The position numbers were made by a program, and so were the translations under genes. 64,000 bases of DNA, taken from positions 1 to 64,000 of the IMG/VR virus record IMGVR_UViG_3300008267_000780; one strand, given 5' to 3'. Below the pieces are notes generated by a model. That model did not search any database. It saw only the letters and a program-made list of their open reading frames with translations, and was not told where the DNA came from. Below, piece by piece: positions 63,889 to 64,000 of the stretch. Each line of letters starts with the position of its first letter. Positions within the stretch are counted from its first letter, which is position 1. Origin of the DNA: a virus.

Positions 63889-64000
63889 TTAGGTGGCACT
63901 TGTTACACCTTTTGAGTTCGGGATATGCTTTCCAACCGTTTGGAGATTTCATTTCTCTTTTTAGTGCTTGAGAAACATTTTTGACTCCCTCCAAGTGTTC

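Noticed and set aside
1-64000. Eukaryotic giant virus or alternative genetic code
   Set aside because: Coupled operons, intrinsic terminators, SLT, RecT and Bacteroidota promoters indicate a bacterial host; genes tile well under the standard code.
1-64000. tRNA/rRNA genes, integrase, transposase
   Set aside because: None recognised by eye; tRNAscan-SE and Infernal were not run, so small RNAs cannot be excluded.

Overview
A gene-dense, AT-rich, standard-code segment of a large dsDNA bacterial virus. The host is most likely Bacteroidota: TAnnTTTG promoter elements are present and Shine-Dalgarno sites are not evident. I recognised no terminase, portal, HK97 capsid or tail tube/tape-measure gene in 64 kb. 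Instead there is an A32/P9-type FtsK-HerA packaging ATPase next to a small beta-rich candidate single-jelly-roll major capsid protein (MCP), about 27 small membrane proteins and a zincin protease, which suggests a tailless, internal-membrane virus. Layout: replication/regulation and glycosyltransferases (1-7.8 kb); a polyvalent cargo operon (ART, winged helices, MoxR AAA+/VWA-like, LPD29, ParB-like, RelA/SpoT) whose domains are delimited by a repeated M-A-x-G-G motif (8-24 kb); capsid/membrane module with a second shared motif [FY]-x-N-A-x-G (24-38 kb); fibres plus a glycosylation cluster with a TibC/Aah-like Ser-heptosyltransferase directly upstream of a 4183-aa Ser/Thr collagen-like fibre (38-59 kb); a split, order-swapped capsid paralogue (60.7-61.5 kb); and RecT plus a methyltransferase-GT on the minus strand. 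The genome appears to avoid GATC, AGCT, CCAG/CTGG and CCGG. All family calls come from motif recognition by eye, without database searches.
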